A stretch of 64,000 nt of DNA from Perna viridis (lineage: Eukaryota). The position numbers were made by a program, and so were the translations under genes. Location of the stretch: contig CM074521.1 of assembly GCA_037379345.1 (NCBI GenBank), positions 32,760,704 through 32,824,703 on the forward strand, in the 5' to 3' direction. The notes beneath the pieces are model-generated. The model did not search any database. It saw nothing but the letters and a program-made list of their open reading frames with translations, and was not told where the DNA came from. Below are positions 39,411 through 52,744 of this stretch, one piece after another (the stretch's first letter is position 1; each line of letters opens with the position of its first letter).

Positions 39411-40888
39411 TTATATTCTTTTGGTTGTGCTGATTGAGAGACAGAAAACAGTTCTTAATCATGAATGTTTCAGATCATAACAGGTGTACTGGTTATGTGA
39501 TGACTTGTTTTGATGGCATCTCTAAGGAAATTGGCCAAATTTATTTCGTCTGTGAGTAACATACATGCTTATGACCAAGAAATTGTTACTTAGCAGTTGT
39601 ACATAAAATGTAATTTATTCTGACAGCTAAATGCATATGTCCCTAATAGATGTGTTTTTTTTCTACCAGTTTGACTGTTATTTGCCTGACAAAGCAAGTA
39701 TTTGCACTCTTCAGGAGTAGAATGGGAGCACTTACTGTGCTATGTATGTAAAGAGTTGCCTATTTCTAGTCTTTGTGTTTAAAAGTGACAAGATTATTAA
39801 TTATATTATACATAATAATTTGATATACCAATATACGAATACCAATTTGATTATGAAATAGCAATACAAAGTAATTTGGAAAGCAAGCATTTATGACTTG
39901 TTCTACGACCATGTATAGGGGTTGAACAACTTATTGGTAACATTTTCCTGTCTCATTTGCACATCATAAATGGTGCTCTTTTGGAAGATAAACTAATTAA
40001 GTTTTATTTTTTTTTTTACTAAGAAGTATTGAATTTACTGCATATCGAAATAAAAAAAAGCATTGAAAATGGTAAAAAATACTTGAATGAACATCTTTTC
40101 ATTATGGGTTATTGCCTAGTTCGGACATGGTCACAAGAATTAGTTTTGAGGATTCAAGTGACTTGCAAGTTCCCCATGACTGCTCATAGTCAAATTACAT
40201 CCCAGTCAAAGTAAATTTTTGTCCTGTCTTTTTGTTGGTCATCATACATGCACACATGGCTTCCTGACAAGATTTGGAATTTATTTAAGACTTGTATAGG
40301 AAACTCTTTTATAGAGCTAGGGTACTTTAAAATATTGCTAAATGAGGTTCCCATCCCTGACAGTATAGATTGATCTTGTTCATTAAATTTGAAAAACAAT
40401 TTGGTTTTTCCCCCACATGTAATACAATTATATAATTGGCTTTATGCACCAAAATGGCAGTAAACTTATCTCTAATCTAAGGTTTAAATTTAATCCTATT
40501 CTGCCTGTATCTCCCCAGTCATTACATAAGATCATTGCTTTATCATTTACCATAATGATGTTAAAATTTGCCCCTGAATGTACCATGTTATAAACTCAGG
40601 TCATGTATAGTTTAAAATTAATTATACATTTTCCTAATTGCTTATATTTCACTGTCATTTTAGATAAATGACTATGCTCTGTCCTTTAATTAAAAAAAAA
40701 AACAAGAAACATGTCATCCTCTCTAGGTTTGAAGTCATTATTTTGGCCTAAGTATGTACTTAACTTAAGGGTCATGCATGTTACATGAGTATTTTTGATA
40801 CTTTATGATGTATGAAATAAATTGTGTACTTTTTACTTCCCTAAATACATGGTAAATACATCTCTTTCATGATCACAGATATTTGGTT

Positions 40889-40949
40889 TTACATTCAGTA
40901 AGGAGGTTACATCTTTGGCTTGACATTCAGTAGGAGGTTACATCTTTGA
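40889..40949. repeat. ~32 bp direct duplication (acattcagta(a)ggaggttacatctttg)
   Basis: Two adjacent copies. Confidence 0.85.
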
Positions 40950-43442
40950 GATATTGAGTGTAATAGATGCTCTCTAGTAGAAAATATGTTTGGATCAAAA
41001 CTGATTGATTGATTGATATATATAAGCATATTGTCATTTTGATGAATGGGATATCAGTATAAAAACTGTCTGTTATTTCAAATGTGAATTAATATATTGA
41101 AGAAGTGGCTTGCTAATATTACTCTGTTAAGATTCCTCTAGTCTACAATGTTTAAACAGTGTTTTGGTCTGTTAGTCTTATTTTTCTGTATGTGTGTCCA
41201 TTACTTCTGACATTTTTCACTTCATGTTCTTGTCTTTATCACTGATATGGTCATATACATGGCAATCATATTCTTTACAGTGGATTAAAGGTATCAGTCT
41301 TGTATTACATATTCCTGAGCAGGTGTACGTCAAAACATGGAGGCTAAAAATATAGTGCTTCTTTTTTGCCTTTTCCTGTTTCTGTTTTTTGGCAAATGAC
41401 TATCATTTTTCATCAAAACTACAGGGTAAATATCAAGCTATGACACAAAAAACTTGTTTTTGAGGAAAAACAGTATTTTCATGAAAAATAATACTTCAGA
41501 GAAGGGGTCTATTTATGAACTCAAAATAGAAGTGAAGTAGAAAAAGTCTGTTTTTAGTTCGACCTGTCCTTGTGTACCAAAGTTAGTGCTTTTTTTTTCT
41601 AAAATGGACCTAAAAATTATTTTTGACATTTCCTTAATGAATAAACATGGGCAAAAGTAAGATTGAAACTCCTTGTTTAAGGTATACTATAAAAGTCTAT
41701 GGGGGGCAAAGAATACAAGACAGACCTAAAACTTGTCAATTTGGTGACATGAACTTGTACAGGATTGTCTCCCTTGATTCTATATATATATATTTTATAT
41801 TTATATGCTAACACCTGGTATTCAACATTTCTGTAAGATCTGGCAAAGTATTCAAATATGTTATTCTCTGTTATATTTTTATTGCAGTATTTCACTATCC
41901 TGAAAGAATCCCTTTAGAAGTATTATGGCTTGATGATAGGAATTCAGCAAAACAGTCTATGATACCGATTAAATTCTTGGCATATTCGTTAGAAATTGAT
42001 AGGCATTACAGCTCTTGTGTCTCAATAACAAGTTATATTTTTGGCTCTTAGGATCAAAAATAGATTTGTTTATGAAGATACTCCTTAAACACTGGCAGAG
42101 CTATCAATGAAAAGGAACACACTGTGTTTATTTTGGTTTTAAATGATTCTTGTTATTAAATTTTGTGTTATTGTGGGTACATTTAGAACAAAGTTTAACA
42201 TTCCAGGGCAAAGGAAATTTTGTTGATTCTTGCACTGTCAATTTTCTAGCTGGATGCCAGAATCTGATTTTTTTTCATTTTCAAATGCTTGTATATACTT
42301 AGACACTTTTCTGTTCTAGACAATGTTTATTTCTAAGAGATAAGGCATTTCTTTCTGATATTAGAACTTTCACCTACATGATGGGCCACACCAAGTTTGC
42401 TGTTAGGTTCTCATTCAGTTTTCTTATAAATATATTTAAGGATTTTATTTATTTTTTCTTTGTTTTCATCATTTTCACTTGAAAAGGCTTGAGATTGTTA
42501 GTTTTTTTAAGAAAATTTTAACTTAATGGAAATTTGTGTGAAGATTGAATTGAATATGAAAAATTTAAAAGATCTTCACAATTGTAAGTTTGAAAATTAA
42601 TATATGGAAACTCTGAGCTTGCCTTTGTCTTAAAGCAATTGTTTTTCACATTCATGGATTAAACTATTTTTGTGTGATACCTTGAATTGATCAGTGTTTT
42701 TAGTTTCACACTTTCCCATCTGCTTTGGCCTAACAGACTTCTGCATGGGTTCTGTAACTATTATTATTGTGATTTATCAGTGTTCTGTGATTTTTCTCAG
42801 GAATAACAATTAATTTCTCAATCACTGAGTTCTATTTTTGAATTTCTAATCCTAAAATATCAGAGTATTGTCATGTTTATTAGTTATTATGTCCAAAATA
42901 GACCAATATGGTTTGTGATAAGACAAGAGATAATTAAATTCTTCACTCTAGAATTTGTTTTTTACACAAATATTAGGTTATTCTAGCATGTAGCTCTTGG
43001 CATTGATTTACCGAATTATCTTTGGTAGTCAAGTATTTTTCTTTTAACAATCCTTAATGAAGTTTTCTACCTTGTAGTTCTGAGATTTATTTGACATGCA
43101 ATTTATGCATTTACTGTTTCTTTACAAACTGTTAATCATTTTACCACATAAAAACTTAGGATGTATAGAAGAATGACTTCTCTGTGTATTCCCCTCCTTC
43201 CATTTCTCTGCATTACTCAATACTGTAAAACAGGTCTTAGTGATTACATTTTCTAAGAATCAAGTAGGCTGAATTACTCCAATATTTTTGTACGTGTCAT
43301 GGAGTAAGCTCTGTGACAAAAGTTTTGATCCTTTAAATTGAGTCGCAGAAGGGATTGGACTATTGAGAATTTTTCAGTGAAGAACATCACACAAAAATAT
43401 ATTGAACAATCTTCTCTCCATTTTCATGAGATGACTATTTTT

Positions 43443-44450
43443 ATGAGAGAGATATAACCTCTCTTTTGTTGTGGTATGGGTGGGAGATATAACCTCTCTT
43501 TTGTTGTGGTATGGGTGGGAGATATAACCTCTCTTTTCTTGTGGTATGGGTGGGAGATATAACCTTTCTTCTGTTGTGATGTTAAGAGTGAGACTACTTC
43601 TCTCCAGCTGTGATGTTATGAGTGAGAGACATAACCTCTCCAGTTGTTTGTTATGAGTGAGAGACATCACCTCTCTCCATTTGTGATGGTATGACTGAGA
43701 GACATCACTTCTCTCCTGTAGTGATGTGATGTTATGAGTTTCTCTCCAGTTGTGTGTTATGAGTGAGAGACATCACCTCTCTCCAGTTGTGTGTTATGAG
43801 TGAGAGACATCACCTCTCTCCAGTTGTGATGGTATGACTGAGAGACATCATTTCTCTCCTGTTGTAATGTTATGAGTGATAGACATCTTTTTTCTTCTAA
43901 TGTGATGTGATGTTGCGAGTTTCTGTCCAGTTGTGTGTTACGAGTGAGAGACATCACCTCTCTCTAGTTGTGATGTTATGAGTGAGAGACATCACCTCTC
44001 TCCTGTTGTGATGTTATGAGTGAGAGACATCACCTCTCTCCAGTTGTGTGTTATGAGTGAGAGACATCACCTCTCTCCAGTTGTGATGGTATGACTGAGA
44101 GACATCACTTTTCTCCTGTAATGATGTGATGTTATGAGTTTCTCTCCAGTTGTGTGTTATGAGTGAGAGACATCATTCTCTCCAGTTGTGATGTTATAAG
44201 AGACATCACCTCTCTCGTTGTGTGTTATGAATGAGAGACATCACCTCTCTCCAGTTGTGTGTCATGAGTGAGAGACGTCACCTCTCTCCAGTTGTCATGG
44301 TATGACTGAGAGACATCACTTATCCCCTGTAGTGATGTGATGTTATGAGTTTCTCTCCACTTGTGTTACGAGTGAGAGACATCACTTCTCTCCAGTTGTG
44401 ATGTTATGAGTGAGAGACATCACTTCTCTCCAGTTGTAATGTTATAATGT
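43443..44450. repeat. 35-38 bp minisatellite, about 27 copies, with higher-order structure (gagtgagagacatcacctctctccagttgtgtgttat)
   Basis: Directly visible. The variant gatgtgatgttatgagtttctctcc recurs about every 180-220 bp. Confidence 0.95.
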
Positions 44451-45521
44451 TGATGGTTTTAAGTCTTGAAAGTGGTAACATAGATATGGCATCATACCCT
44501 GGTCTGTTTTAGTCCAAATGAATATCAAGGTAAGAAAGATAATTTAGCAGTGTAGATTTATAAAGTAGGTAGCTGATAGCTTTATGTTGCCCCTCAAAGT
44601 GTCCAAGACATATAGTTTTACTGCTGCGAGTGTACACTTGTCATGGGTTATGAATGAAGATCTCAGGACAACTTCAAAGTCAACAACCTGAATTTTGTTT
44701 ACAATGAATTGTCCCAGAGGATTGATTTTCCATTTCAATTTACAAGCTTTTCTTAAATTGTTATTATGAGGTGTTTAACCTTTATAGAAATACCAGTTTG
44801 TCTTAATCAGGGATGAGATTTATTATACAGTATCCTCCATTAGTAATTATCCTCTTGATTAAGCTGTGCAAGGAAGATCAGAATCTTAATATAGATCCTT
44901 TAATTTGATCAGAATGCCTCTGTAATGGCCTAATCAATAAGTAGTATTCTGTGTCTTCTTCTAAATAAGGATATTCAGATAATTTTACGTCGTCTTTTTA
45001 TAGTTGATATTTCCTGCTCAGCTTTGGAATCATTTTTGATGAGTTATGTAAAGTCGCATGTGTCTATATAACTTTTTATTGATATTTTGTTTGCCTTATA
45101 TTATCAAGAAAATCTCTAATTTCATTCCCAGAATTAAAGTCTGAATATCTTAAGGTTATATATTCTTTATTCAATCACTAACCCAGGGTTAAAGATTCAT
45201 AAAAATATCAGATAGCACAATAAGTTTATAAGGATTATTTATAGAAAAAAAATGTGAAGTTTTATGTTAAAAAAATCAAGATGTCTTCCTTGACCTTTCA
45301 GGGTTTTTTGCAGTTGGTTATTCTTGGTTTAAGATCTTTAATTGGTATTACACCCCCACTCAAGTAGTGGGTGGTTTATTGGAATCACCTGGTCCAGCCA
45401 TCTGTCATTGCATCTGTCTGTCTATACCTGAAGAATCATAACTCACACTGGGTGTAGTAATATCAAATATGGTATGTGACTTTATATAGATAAGGCACAT
45501 GTTCCTATACCAACTTATAAT

Positions 45522-45918
45522 TATGTGGGATTGACATACAAGTAGTGATATATCATTGCCATACAAGCAGTGATATATCTAGCTTGACCACATATGTGGG
45601 ATTGCCATACAAATAGTGATATATCTAGCTTGATGACATATGTGGGATTGCCATACAAGTAGTGATATATCTAGCTTGACCACATATGTGGGATTGCCAT
45701 ACAAGTAGTGATATATCTAGCTTGACCACATATGGGGGATTGCCATACAAGTAGTGATATATCTAGCTTGACCACATATGTGGGATTGCCATACAAGTAG
45801 TGATATATCTAGCTTGACCACATATGTGGGAATGCCATACAAGTAGTGATATATCTAGCTTGACCACATATGTGGGAATGCCATACAAGTAGTGATATAT
45901 CTAGCTTGACCACATATG
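45522..45918. repeat. 46 bp minisatellite, about 8 copies (catatgtgggattgccatacaagtagtgatatatctagcttgacca)
   Basis: agtgatatatctag at 45661, 45707 and onward; period 46. Confidence 0.97.
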
Positions 45919-47024
45919 CAACTTAATGTTAAATTATTTTAGTTGCTTTAAAGGACAGTACATCTAGTAAATACTACATGTTGTCCTACAATAGAGTTAA
46001 ACCCTTTAACTAGACAGATTTGCCAAAGAAGCAATGGTAAGACACAATTCATCCATATAATACGAACATTGTAAAGTGGTTAGAAAGCTTTTAGGAACTC
46101 TGTTATGGAATAGAAATCATCTGAAAGGCTTGGCGATTGTTAATTGGTTCAGACCCTTTTCTGATTTTGAACAAATGTTTAAAGAGATGTTTACTTGTAA
46201 ACTGCTCTAACTTTTTCCTAATGAAACATTTTGGCAAAGGACATGAAAATTCTACACACAATTTCTTGCTATAGGGAACTGTGCCAAATATTAGGCTTCT
46301 GAATTATTCTAGTTTATAATATAATAGATAAATTATCAATTATAACGTAAACTGCAAAACAAGAACAGCTGTTCCACTAGGGACACAAACGTTTCACCTG
46401 GTTGTCTGGAAGGTTTCATGCACATTTTCGCTCCTACTTTACCGAGTTTTTCTGATTAAATGATTGATTCTTTAAATTTGAGATAAGTGTAAGTTTCATC
46501 TTTATGGCCATTGCCTCAGTAAATATATTGATGAAGATTTGATGTAAACAGTTTCTACTTTTTGATGAATGATGAGAATTCCTTTTTTAAGATCTGACAT
46601 AGACTTGGTTTCTTTGGTTCTAGCACCTGTGTGAACAGTGTTGAATGGTTGTAGCTCATTCTGTATCTGTTGGGGGTTTTTTTTAAAAAAAACATGCAGT
46701 TTGTATTAACTGCCTTTTCATTATGGGAGGGAAAATTTTTTTTAGACCACATAGATTCACTCCTATATTCTAAACATAAATTTAAAATAGACCAAAACAC
46801 CATGCTTGGAAAGGTTATGAACAGCAACAAATCCGTGTTGGTATAAAATTCTGACTCAAGCTAAAAGTGAGGGCTCAACATTACCTTGTGACCTACTTAG
46901 CTCTTTAACCAATTATAATTGTTGAGACCCACATTTTAGAAGAGACATATTGTATACCAGTGTCGATTGGTTAATCCATTGGTTCATGTCCAATAACTCA
47001 AATAATGGTGTCACAAACTTTTAT

Positions 47025-47297
47025 CAGACTTTGGTGAATTGTTTCTTCCTGTTGTGGCAAGTTCCAGACTTTGGTGAATTGTTTCTTCCTGTTGTGGCGA
47101 GTTCCAGACTTTCTTGAATTATTTCTTCCTGTTGTGTGAGTTCAAGTTTTGTTGACTTGTTTCTACCATTTGTCTTGAGTTCCAGACTTTGGTGAATTGT
47201 TTCTTCCTGTTGTTGTGAGTTCCAGACTTTGGTGAATTTTTTCTTCCTGTTGTTGTGAGTTCTGGACTTTAGTGAACTGTTTCTTTCTGTTGTTGTA
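47025..47297. repeat. ~40 bp minisatellite, about 7 copies (gagttccagactttggtgaattgtttcttcctgttgttgt)
   Basis: Directly visible periodicity. Confidence 0.93.
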
Positions 47298-49659
47298 TTT
47301 CCATTTTTTAGAAGTCTAGATTACAGTACTGCACTGGTTATTTTACCTGTGTAAATTTTTAACATTTGAGTGGTAGATTGTGGAAGATTATGGCAAGATT
47401 TAAAATTCCACTGCAGTGAGTGTTTTCCCTTCCCTTCCTAAGTGAAGAGAGGTGATGATAGCATTGTAAGAAAATGAATGTGCATCTTCAGGAACAAAAA
47501 TAGCCTTATTAAATGAGTTGGTAATATAATTTAATTTAGATGTATCACCTGTATAGTACCGCTTACAGTGATTTATACCTCATCAACATGTGGAAAAATG
47601 AATCTAAACTGTAAATTTATCTTAAGATCTTTGAACTTTTTGAAAATATTCATTAAAATACCAAAATTTTTGTTGCCTATGACGCAAGAGCCTTCATATG
47701 TTTTGCTTGTAAAGATAAAATTCAGTAATCGGTCTGTAGAATGACAGAATAATGATGTAACAATTCCTTGTCTACTGCTGTTTTTAGGGCACTAATTACA
47801 ATTGCCAATTTTATTCAATTTTGATGCATTAGTAGAACTATCCCATAACATAAATGATATGGGTTTATCTGGAGATTATAGAATGATAACATTCAGAAGG
47901 AATCTAAAGCAGCATACGTCTCAAGAATCTGTTCCCAGTTTTGGGCTGATAATTGATGGGATTAAAAAAAATTCAACCATCAAAAAAGGTAGTAGTCTGT
48001 TATTGATTTCCCTAACTATAATTGGTAGTTCTTCATTCTGTTCAAAACATATGTAGAAGCCAAATGTGTTAAGTATAGCATACTTAATATATACGGATAA
48101 TCAGACAAAAACCTCCAAACACCAATCTTAGTTTGTTATTCATTTGTTGTGAAGATAAAATTGTATATGAAATTGGCAAGAGTTAAATATTGTTCTTGAC
48201 TTGGTTTAATTAAAATGGAATGTGTAGACCTAAAAAGCATCATTTGTTTAATCAGTGTTTTTTTCTGCACCTTGTGCCACCTCTACCATAGGCTGTGTAT
48301 GATGGTACTGAAAACAACTATGATTTGATGTCTGGTACTTCTAAATGTTTTTTTCATAGTTTTTCACCATTTGAAGTTTTATTAAAAAAAAATATAATCA
48401 TTTTTAGTGCAGAACAGTCATAAATTTCCAAATCAAGAGTTTTAGTTGGGGGTGTATTTTAATTAGAAGAAAATGTCAAAATAATGATGATTTACATATC
48501 ATTATAGAAAGTTTCAAATTTATTGCTTTATGATATAATATATGATGTATTTGATGTTAAATATGACCCTTGTCCATAATTTTCTAGAATAACATCATTC
48601 CATCTGAACTTCCAGCAGTGTTATTTATCTATTGTGCTTGGCTGACCAGGGATAGTTCTGAAACATTAGAACTCTTTTGCATTAAAAAAAAAAAAAAATG
48701 GTAATGAACACTTAGCAGTTCTTAATGACGTCTTCCCATGACTTAAGTCAGTTGTTACATAATTTATTATTATGCAGACCAATGATATAAGTTATTTAGG
48801 ACAAAGGAAGCCTTTAATAGGTCATGTCTAGTGTAGGCTTGTATCTAATGGAATTTTTGTCATTAACTGCTATGGAACAAGGCCATTTGAGTCATGCCTG
48901 TATATCAGCATATAAACTGTAGGTGTGGAGTTGATGTAAATAAAATGAGAAAAGTAACCAGTCTTAATTGAGAATTTGTCATTAACCCCATATCTATAAA
49001 GGATTTAGATTAAAGTATTGATTTCTACTAGATTGACTGATAGGATGAAAACAATACACCTGATCTGGTTCACTTAACAGGAATTTTTTTCTATTTTTAT
49101 CAATGATTGGTGTAATTGAACGTGAAGTAAGTTTTTAATTGACAATGCTGGAGATCGTGACAATACTAGTGGGTAATTAAAGCAGTCTCCTGCTGAGAAC
49201 TTTTTTCCTCTCTTTTCCTATGATTTTCGCTGAAATTAAGTTAACAATGGAAAACAAGGGACATAAAATTAATTTTTCAAGGTGTTAAGATATAGGTTAC
49301 AGTTAGAGAATTGTACTTTTATTTGGGGGCTAATAAAATAAGATCTCTATATTAGGCAAGGAATTATTAGACTTCAGTAGCCATGTTCTTTCTCCACACT
49401 TGGTATATATCAAGTGAAAGTGAAATTTTGTAGAATATTCTTTTGTTGTTTTTGTTTTTCTATTTTTTTGAAAATTTTAATTATTTATTTTATTCACGGA
49501 TATTGGTAAGTTATGTATGTAACCTTGACAGAATCCAGAATCATACAATATTGATGACCCACAAATAGTAGAATCTGTTATAGAATAAGGGAAGAAACAA
49601 TATTTTGAATGATAAAATAGTTTAAGAGAAAATTACCTGTGTATCAGTTCATGTCTACT

Positions 49660-50435
49660 ATAGTGGAAGGAGGTTAAAAGTAATCAAGGCAACCAAGATT
49701 CTAAAGGTAATCAAAAGAATGTAACCCAGGGACAAAGACCAGACATAGAAAATAGACATACACAACAAAGAACATAAAGTAAATAAAATAATACATACAA
49801 AGTAACAAAAGTAAATGAGCAACTTGGACTTCACAGAAAACTGGGAGCATGGACCAGGTGCACCAGTAGGGTAAGCGTCCTCTGCTTTTCTGGAAACATC
49901 TGCCGAGTTGCCCATAAAAAGTCGGATCTAAGATAAACGAAAGAGGAAAGGATAACAATGACACATTGAACAAATCAGTTTTCATGGTGCAGATGGATAC
50001 ACTGTAATGATCCACAAGTTCATGATGACGACCATAAAACTTCTCATCTTGTAGCAAACATAACCCTGCTCCAGAAGCCTAATTGTAAGAAGTCGAGCGC
50101 AATTCAAAAAGTCTGCATAGTTAAGGCAAGCTCTGGCATACTTGTGAGTTGTGATATAAAAACTCCTTGTGCAGGTGCTGAAGGGATGTTGCCACAGATG
50201 AAAGGAAAGTTCACAATTCTTAATGAAAAGTCATCACTTTTGTCGTAAAGTTTGGACAATAGTTTTCTTTTACCATCAATTTCTAAGTGTATGTCAAGAT
50301 ATGAGGCTGACTTCACAGTGTCTGTAGTATACTTTATCTTAAGTTCTTTTGGGTAGATGTGATATATCAAATCCCCGAAATTAGGATTGTTTAACGATAA
50401 TATGTCATCTGTAGAGCGGAAACTGTAAAGTTGAC
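49660..50435 (-). mobile_element. 5'-truncated, decayed Penelope-like retroelement: C-terminal RT plus 3' non-coding region
   Basis: Minus-strand translation FRSTDDILSLNN...IYPKEL...SYLDIHLEI...LYDKSDDF..IVNFPF..NIPSAPAQGVFISQL, then after frameshifts KFYGRHHELV. This fits the RYIDD-to-thumb region of PLE RTs. The catalytic YIDD reads STDD and the frame is broken. Boundaries are approximate. Confidence 0.8.
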
Positions 50436-50567
50436 AGAACAATATTACATGAGATAAATGGCACATTTTAAGTAGACCTAACAATATCACATGAGATAAA
50501 AGACACATTTTAAGTTGACCTAACAATCACATGAGACATGTGAGATAAATGACACATTTTTAAGTTG
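50428..50567. repeat. 42 bp tandem repeat, about 3 copies, abutting the truncation point of the Penelope-like element
   Basis: aagt(t/a)gac at 50428, 50470 and 50512. Confidence 0.9.
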
Positions 50568-50807
50568 TTTTTCACATAAGTTCTTTCTGTTGGTCTGTAA
50601 TTTGTTTTGTTATGTAGATACAAAGACATTTGAAATAGTAAATAGTGATAATAATATAGAGTATAATAGTGTTAAAATCAGCTGTGAAAGTGTAGGTAGA
50701 TTATGTTCAGAGGTGATCCTAGTGAAACCAGTGACCTTTCAAGGGAAGAAAAATTCTGGTTACATAAGACAGGTGATCTTTATAGTTTAATCAATATATT
50801 ATTTCAG

Positions 50808-50924
50808 GACTCATGTAGCTATCAGATGGCTTCATTATATAGATCTGTTGGTTACCATGGAAATGATCTCCACCTATCACCTTCCTTGCCAAATATATCA
50901 CTAGGTCGTCCACCATCTTCTTCG
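50808..50924 (+). CDS. HDAC4: Class IIa HDAC exon (DSCSYQMASLYRSVGYHGNDLHLSPSLPNISLGRPPSSS)
   Basis: atttcag acceptor, TCG|gtaagt donor, phase 0 to 0. SPSLPNISLG matches the HDAC4 SPSLPNITLG (S350) motif. Confidence 0.93.
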
Positions 50925-51707
50925 GTAAGTTTTAAGGACTTCATCAGTTCCTGGCAATTGTAATGACCAACATGAATTATAAAAGTGGGATAACTATTTT
51001 TCTTACATCAAGACAGTTGTGAACTAAGTTTCCTTGTTAAAAATTAGCCTACTGTTGCAGTTAATTGAAAAGGACAAAATTTTCGAGATCATGATAAGAA
51101 GGTCAAAGGTCAGGTTTGTAAACATTATCCCTGTGGCCATACAAATCTTCAAATATTATAAAGTGTAGACTATACTGACAGAAACAACAATCTAAAAGCC
51201 ACAAACAGGTTGTGTGGTTTACATACAGGAAACTGCCTTGTTTGTCAATAAAAAAGCAAAAGAAAAAAACTAGTTTATTAAGTAATTCAAGGTCACCAGT
51301 CTAAAGTACATGAGTGCTATGCCAAAGTTTGGAATCAAGTTACTATCTCTCCTTTTTATACAAAGTTTAAAGTGGTTGTGAACCTACTGTTTGCACAATT
51401 GAATTTTTTATTTTCATAGGTTGTCTCTTCCCTACACCGATATTAAACAATTTATTGTATATAAAACAGGTGGATGTCAAAAATATGATGTTCTCATTTG
51501 AAATTACACAACCACAGCAAATTAGATTAGTTTTATGAGTAAATTGTTTTGAATCAATCTATTGACTTGATGGCGTAAATTTATAGAAATAAAACAGTAC
51601 ATTATTGTAAATCAGTTTGTATTTTAACAAATATTGCACAGATTTAGGAATCTTGATTCCTGTAACAAATATAATATTATAACTGCTACAATAATTTCTG
51701 TTTTTAG

Positions 51708-51822
51708 GGTAATAATAATTCATCACCACATTCAGACAGTGAACTCCGGGCATTAGAGGCAGGGAGGATGAACTTGCCCCACCCACATCAACCAGGAGTA
51801 CCATATTTTCCCAATATGCCTG
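51708..51822 (+). CDS. HDAC4: Class IIa HDAC exon (GNNNSSPHSDSELRALEAGRMNLPHPHQPGVPYFPNMP)
   Basis: ctgtttttag acceptor, G|gtaagc donor. Phase 0 to 1 bridges the flanking exons; composition is coding-like. Confidence 0.85.
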
Positions 51823-52566
51823 GTAAGCAGCCTTATATGTCACCCATGCAATTCCTCTGTCAGTTTGTTCACATCCAACATTATTTTTTGGACTGTTGTA
51901 TTACCATTACATACAAACCATTTAGAAAATGCCCTGAAGCACATAATATGGAAAAAAAATGTCTGTGGTAAAAACTTCTTTGAAAAACCTATCTATACAT
52001 GTTCTTAAAACAATTTTTGTGACTGCAAAGGATAAACTTGTTCACAGAAAATAAACAGGATTGCATACCAAGAAGTAAAGTATGGAGGATATTTTTTGGT
52101 TATTATTATCATGAACATATCATACTAATTGTGAAAAAGTGCTATCTTAAAAAAAAAAAGATAGCTGACACGGTAAAATATTCTTTCTACTTATAATTTT
52201 CTGCATTTCGTTCAGGAATTAACACATGGCACACAATTTCGATAGTTTCTTTTTCAAACGCCACTATCTTATCAGTATTTGGCCAATCGGGAAACAAAAT
52301 TGCGATCAGGTATCTTGCGTTTTCATGGAAGAGCATTCTTTAAGGTCAAATGGTAAAAAGCCAAAATATACCAACTATGTCAGAAAAATAATACTAAAAG
52401 AGATACAACCATAGTATAAGTACATGCACTCAAATTGTGAATGAATTCATATGAAACATTATACAGTTCATTGATATATCATACATTACCAAATTGCATA
52501 TATTGTTTTGAAAATTTGCTGAAGCCTGTTTGCTAAATGATAATGATTTTTTTTTCAAAATAACAG

Positions 52567-52744
52567 CAGGTATGGAAGGAGAAATACCACCTCAGCATCC
52601 TGCCTACATATCTACACAAATGAAACTTATAGAAGAGACAAGGAGTCAAGGAAAAATAGTGCCACATGTCAGTCCCTATAACCCCATGCCATCTAGTACA
52701 GCAAGTCCGTCATCAGAAACCCACCCAGCATCTAGAATTCATAG
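52567..52744 (+). CDS. HDAC4: Class IIa HDAC exon (AGMEGEIPPQHPAYISTQMKL...SETHPASRIHR); NAGNAG acceptor, alternative start 52570
   Basis: aacagCAG tandem acceptor, AG|gtaaat donor. Phase 1 to 2 matches the next exon. Confidence 0.85.

Noticed and set aside
41888-41920. Strong-looking acceptor (ttatatttttattgcag) in the 11.9 kb intron as a cryptic or terminal exon
   Set aside because: In the required phase 0 it stops after 9 codons. I found no matching donor or other support, and such tracts are common in AT-rich introns.
35996-47297. 41, 46, 37 and 40 bp arrays as possible CRISPR arrays
   Set aside because: Units are head-to-tail with no unique spacers, there are no cas genes, and the context is a eukaryotic intron.
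25761-48345. Shared taaaaagcatcatttgttt...taccat.gg...ctggtactt at about 25761-25852 and 48231-48347
   Set aside because: Probably two relics of an old dispersed repeat; too short and diverged to classify.
52081-52412. Possible degenerate TIR element (tatggaggatattttttggttatt ... aatactaaaagagatacaaccata)
   Set aside because: The inverted match is too weak in AT-rich DNA and no TSD is visible.
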